DNA from: Prorocentrum cordatum
Taxonomy: Eukaryota
Assembly (NCBI GenBank): GCA_963575745.1
Contig: CAUYUJ010000190.1
Coordinates: 1 to 64,000 of the forward strand
Reading direction: 5' to 3'
Length of the DNA stretch: 64,000 nucleotides
Every line of letters begins with the position of its first letter. Position 1 is the first letter of the stretch. The position numbers and the translations under genes are program-made. Of this stretch, positions 63,123 to 64,000 are shown piece after piece. The notes beneath the pieces are model-generated. The model was not told the DNA's origin and made no database searches. It was given only the letters and a program-made list of their open reading frames with translations.

Positions 63123-64000
63123 CTTCTACTCTACCCCTTCCGTCTACGAGACAACACCCAGTACTCAACAGCCTCCGTCTCCAACGCAACACCCAAGACT
63201 CAACATGTTTCCTCCCGAAGATGAACTTGACAATCACCTTGTACTCTACCTCCCCCGTCTACAACACGACACCAGTACTCAACAGCCTCCGTCTCCGACA
63301 CAACGCCAAATACTCAACAGGCTCCCTTCCCAAGCTGGGCTTGAACATAACCTTCTACTCTACCCCTTCTGTCTACAAGACAACGCCCAGTACACAACGG
63401 CCTCTGTCTCCAACACAACACCCTATAGTCAACATGTTTCCTCCCGAAGATGAGCCTGATAATCACCTCGTGCTCTACCCCCTCCGTCTACAATGCAAGA
63501 CTCAGTGCTCACAGCCTCCTTCTGCGACACAACACCTCGTACTCAACAGGCACCTCCCCCAAGTTGAACTTGATAATCAGCTTGTACTCTACCCCCTCTG
63601 TCTACAAAACAGCACCCAGTGCTCATTAGCCTCCGTCTCCGACACAACACCAAATACTAAACAGGCTCCCTGCCAAAGCTGAACTTCGAAGTGATCTTCT
63701 ACTCAACCTTTTCCGTCTGCAACACAACACCCAGTACTCAACAGCTTCCGTCTTCAACGCGGTACTACATACTCAACAAGCCTCCAAAAGTTGAGCTTGA
63801 AAATCAACTTCTACTCACCCCCTCCGCCTACAACACAGCACTCAACAACCTCCCTTTCCAATACAACGCCCACTATTCCACAGGCTCCATCCAAAGGCTG
63901 AGCTTCAAAATAATCTTCTACTCCTACCCCTCCGTCATCACCACACTCCCAGTATTCAACAGCCTTCGTTTCCAACACAACACCAATTCGGAACAGATCT
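63123..64000. repeat. Diverged tandem satellite, unit ~107-115 bp, about 8 copies
   Basis: An actctaccc-like anchor recurs at 63128, 63243, 63357, 63472, 63586, 63701, 63813 and 63920. Confidence 0.85.

Noticed and set aside
63074..63682. 202-aa ORF across the 3' LTR and satellite
   Set aside because: It starts within the LTR and runs through diverged satellite units whose lengths are not consistently multiples of 3.

Overview
This is repeat-saturated, GC-rich eukaryotic DNA with two 100-N gaps. It is most likely dinoflagellate (Prorocentrum-like); that assignment is inferred from GA/GC/GT splice donors, AG|G acceptors and spliced-leader-like relics. Almost all long ORFs in the track are artefacts of micro- and minisatellites. 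(1) One host gene, a MORN-repeat protein on the + strand, is split into tiny exons across >45 kb: 8608-8677, 21655-21695, 29109-29150, 31869-31946, 41126-41194 and, tentatively, 53599-53620 and 53887-54089. Its 5' end is probably upstream of the window. (2) A structurally complete but frameshifted Ty1/Copia LTR retrotransposon lies at 54624-63122, with ~122-bp LTRs, a CTTCT TSD, a PBS and a PPT, and is inserted in a ~114-bp satellite. It carries an extra ORF upstream of gag, a nested 1.2-kb foldback insertion in gag, and a degenerate cytosine-methyltransferase-like segment between integrase and RT. (3) There are two decayed non-LTR retrotransposons, one headed by tandem dino spliced-leader-like relics. 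(4) There are many non-autonomous elements: hAT-type and TA-flanked palindromic MITEs, plus a family with sub-terminal inverted repeats and 3' hairpins.
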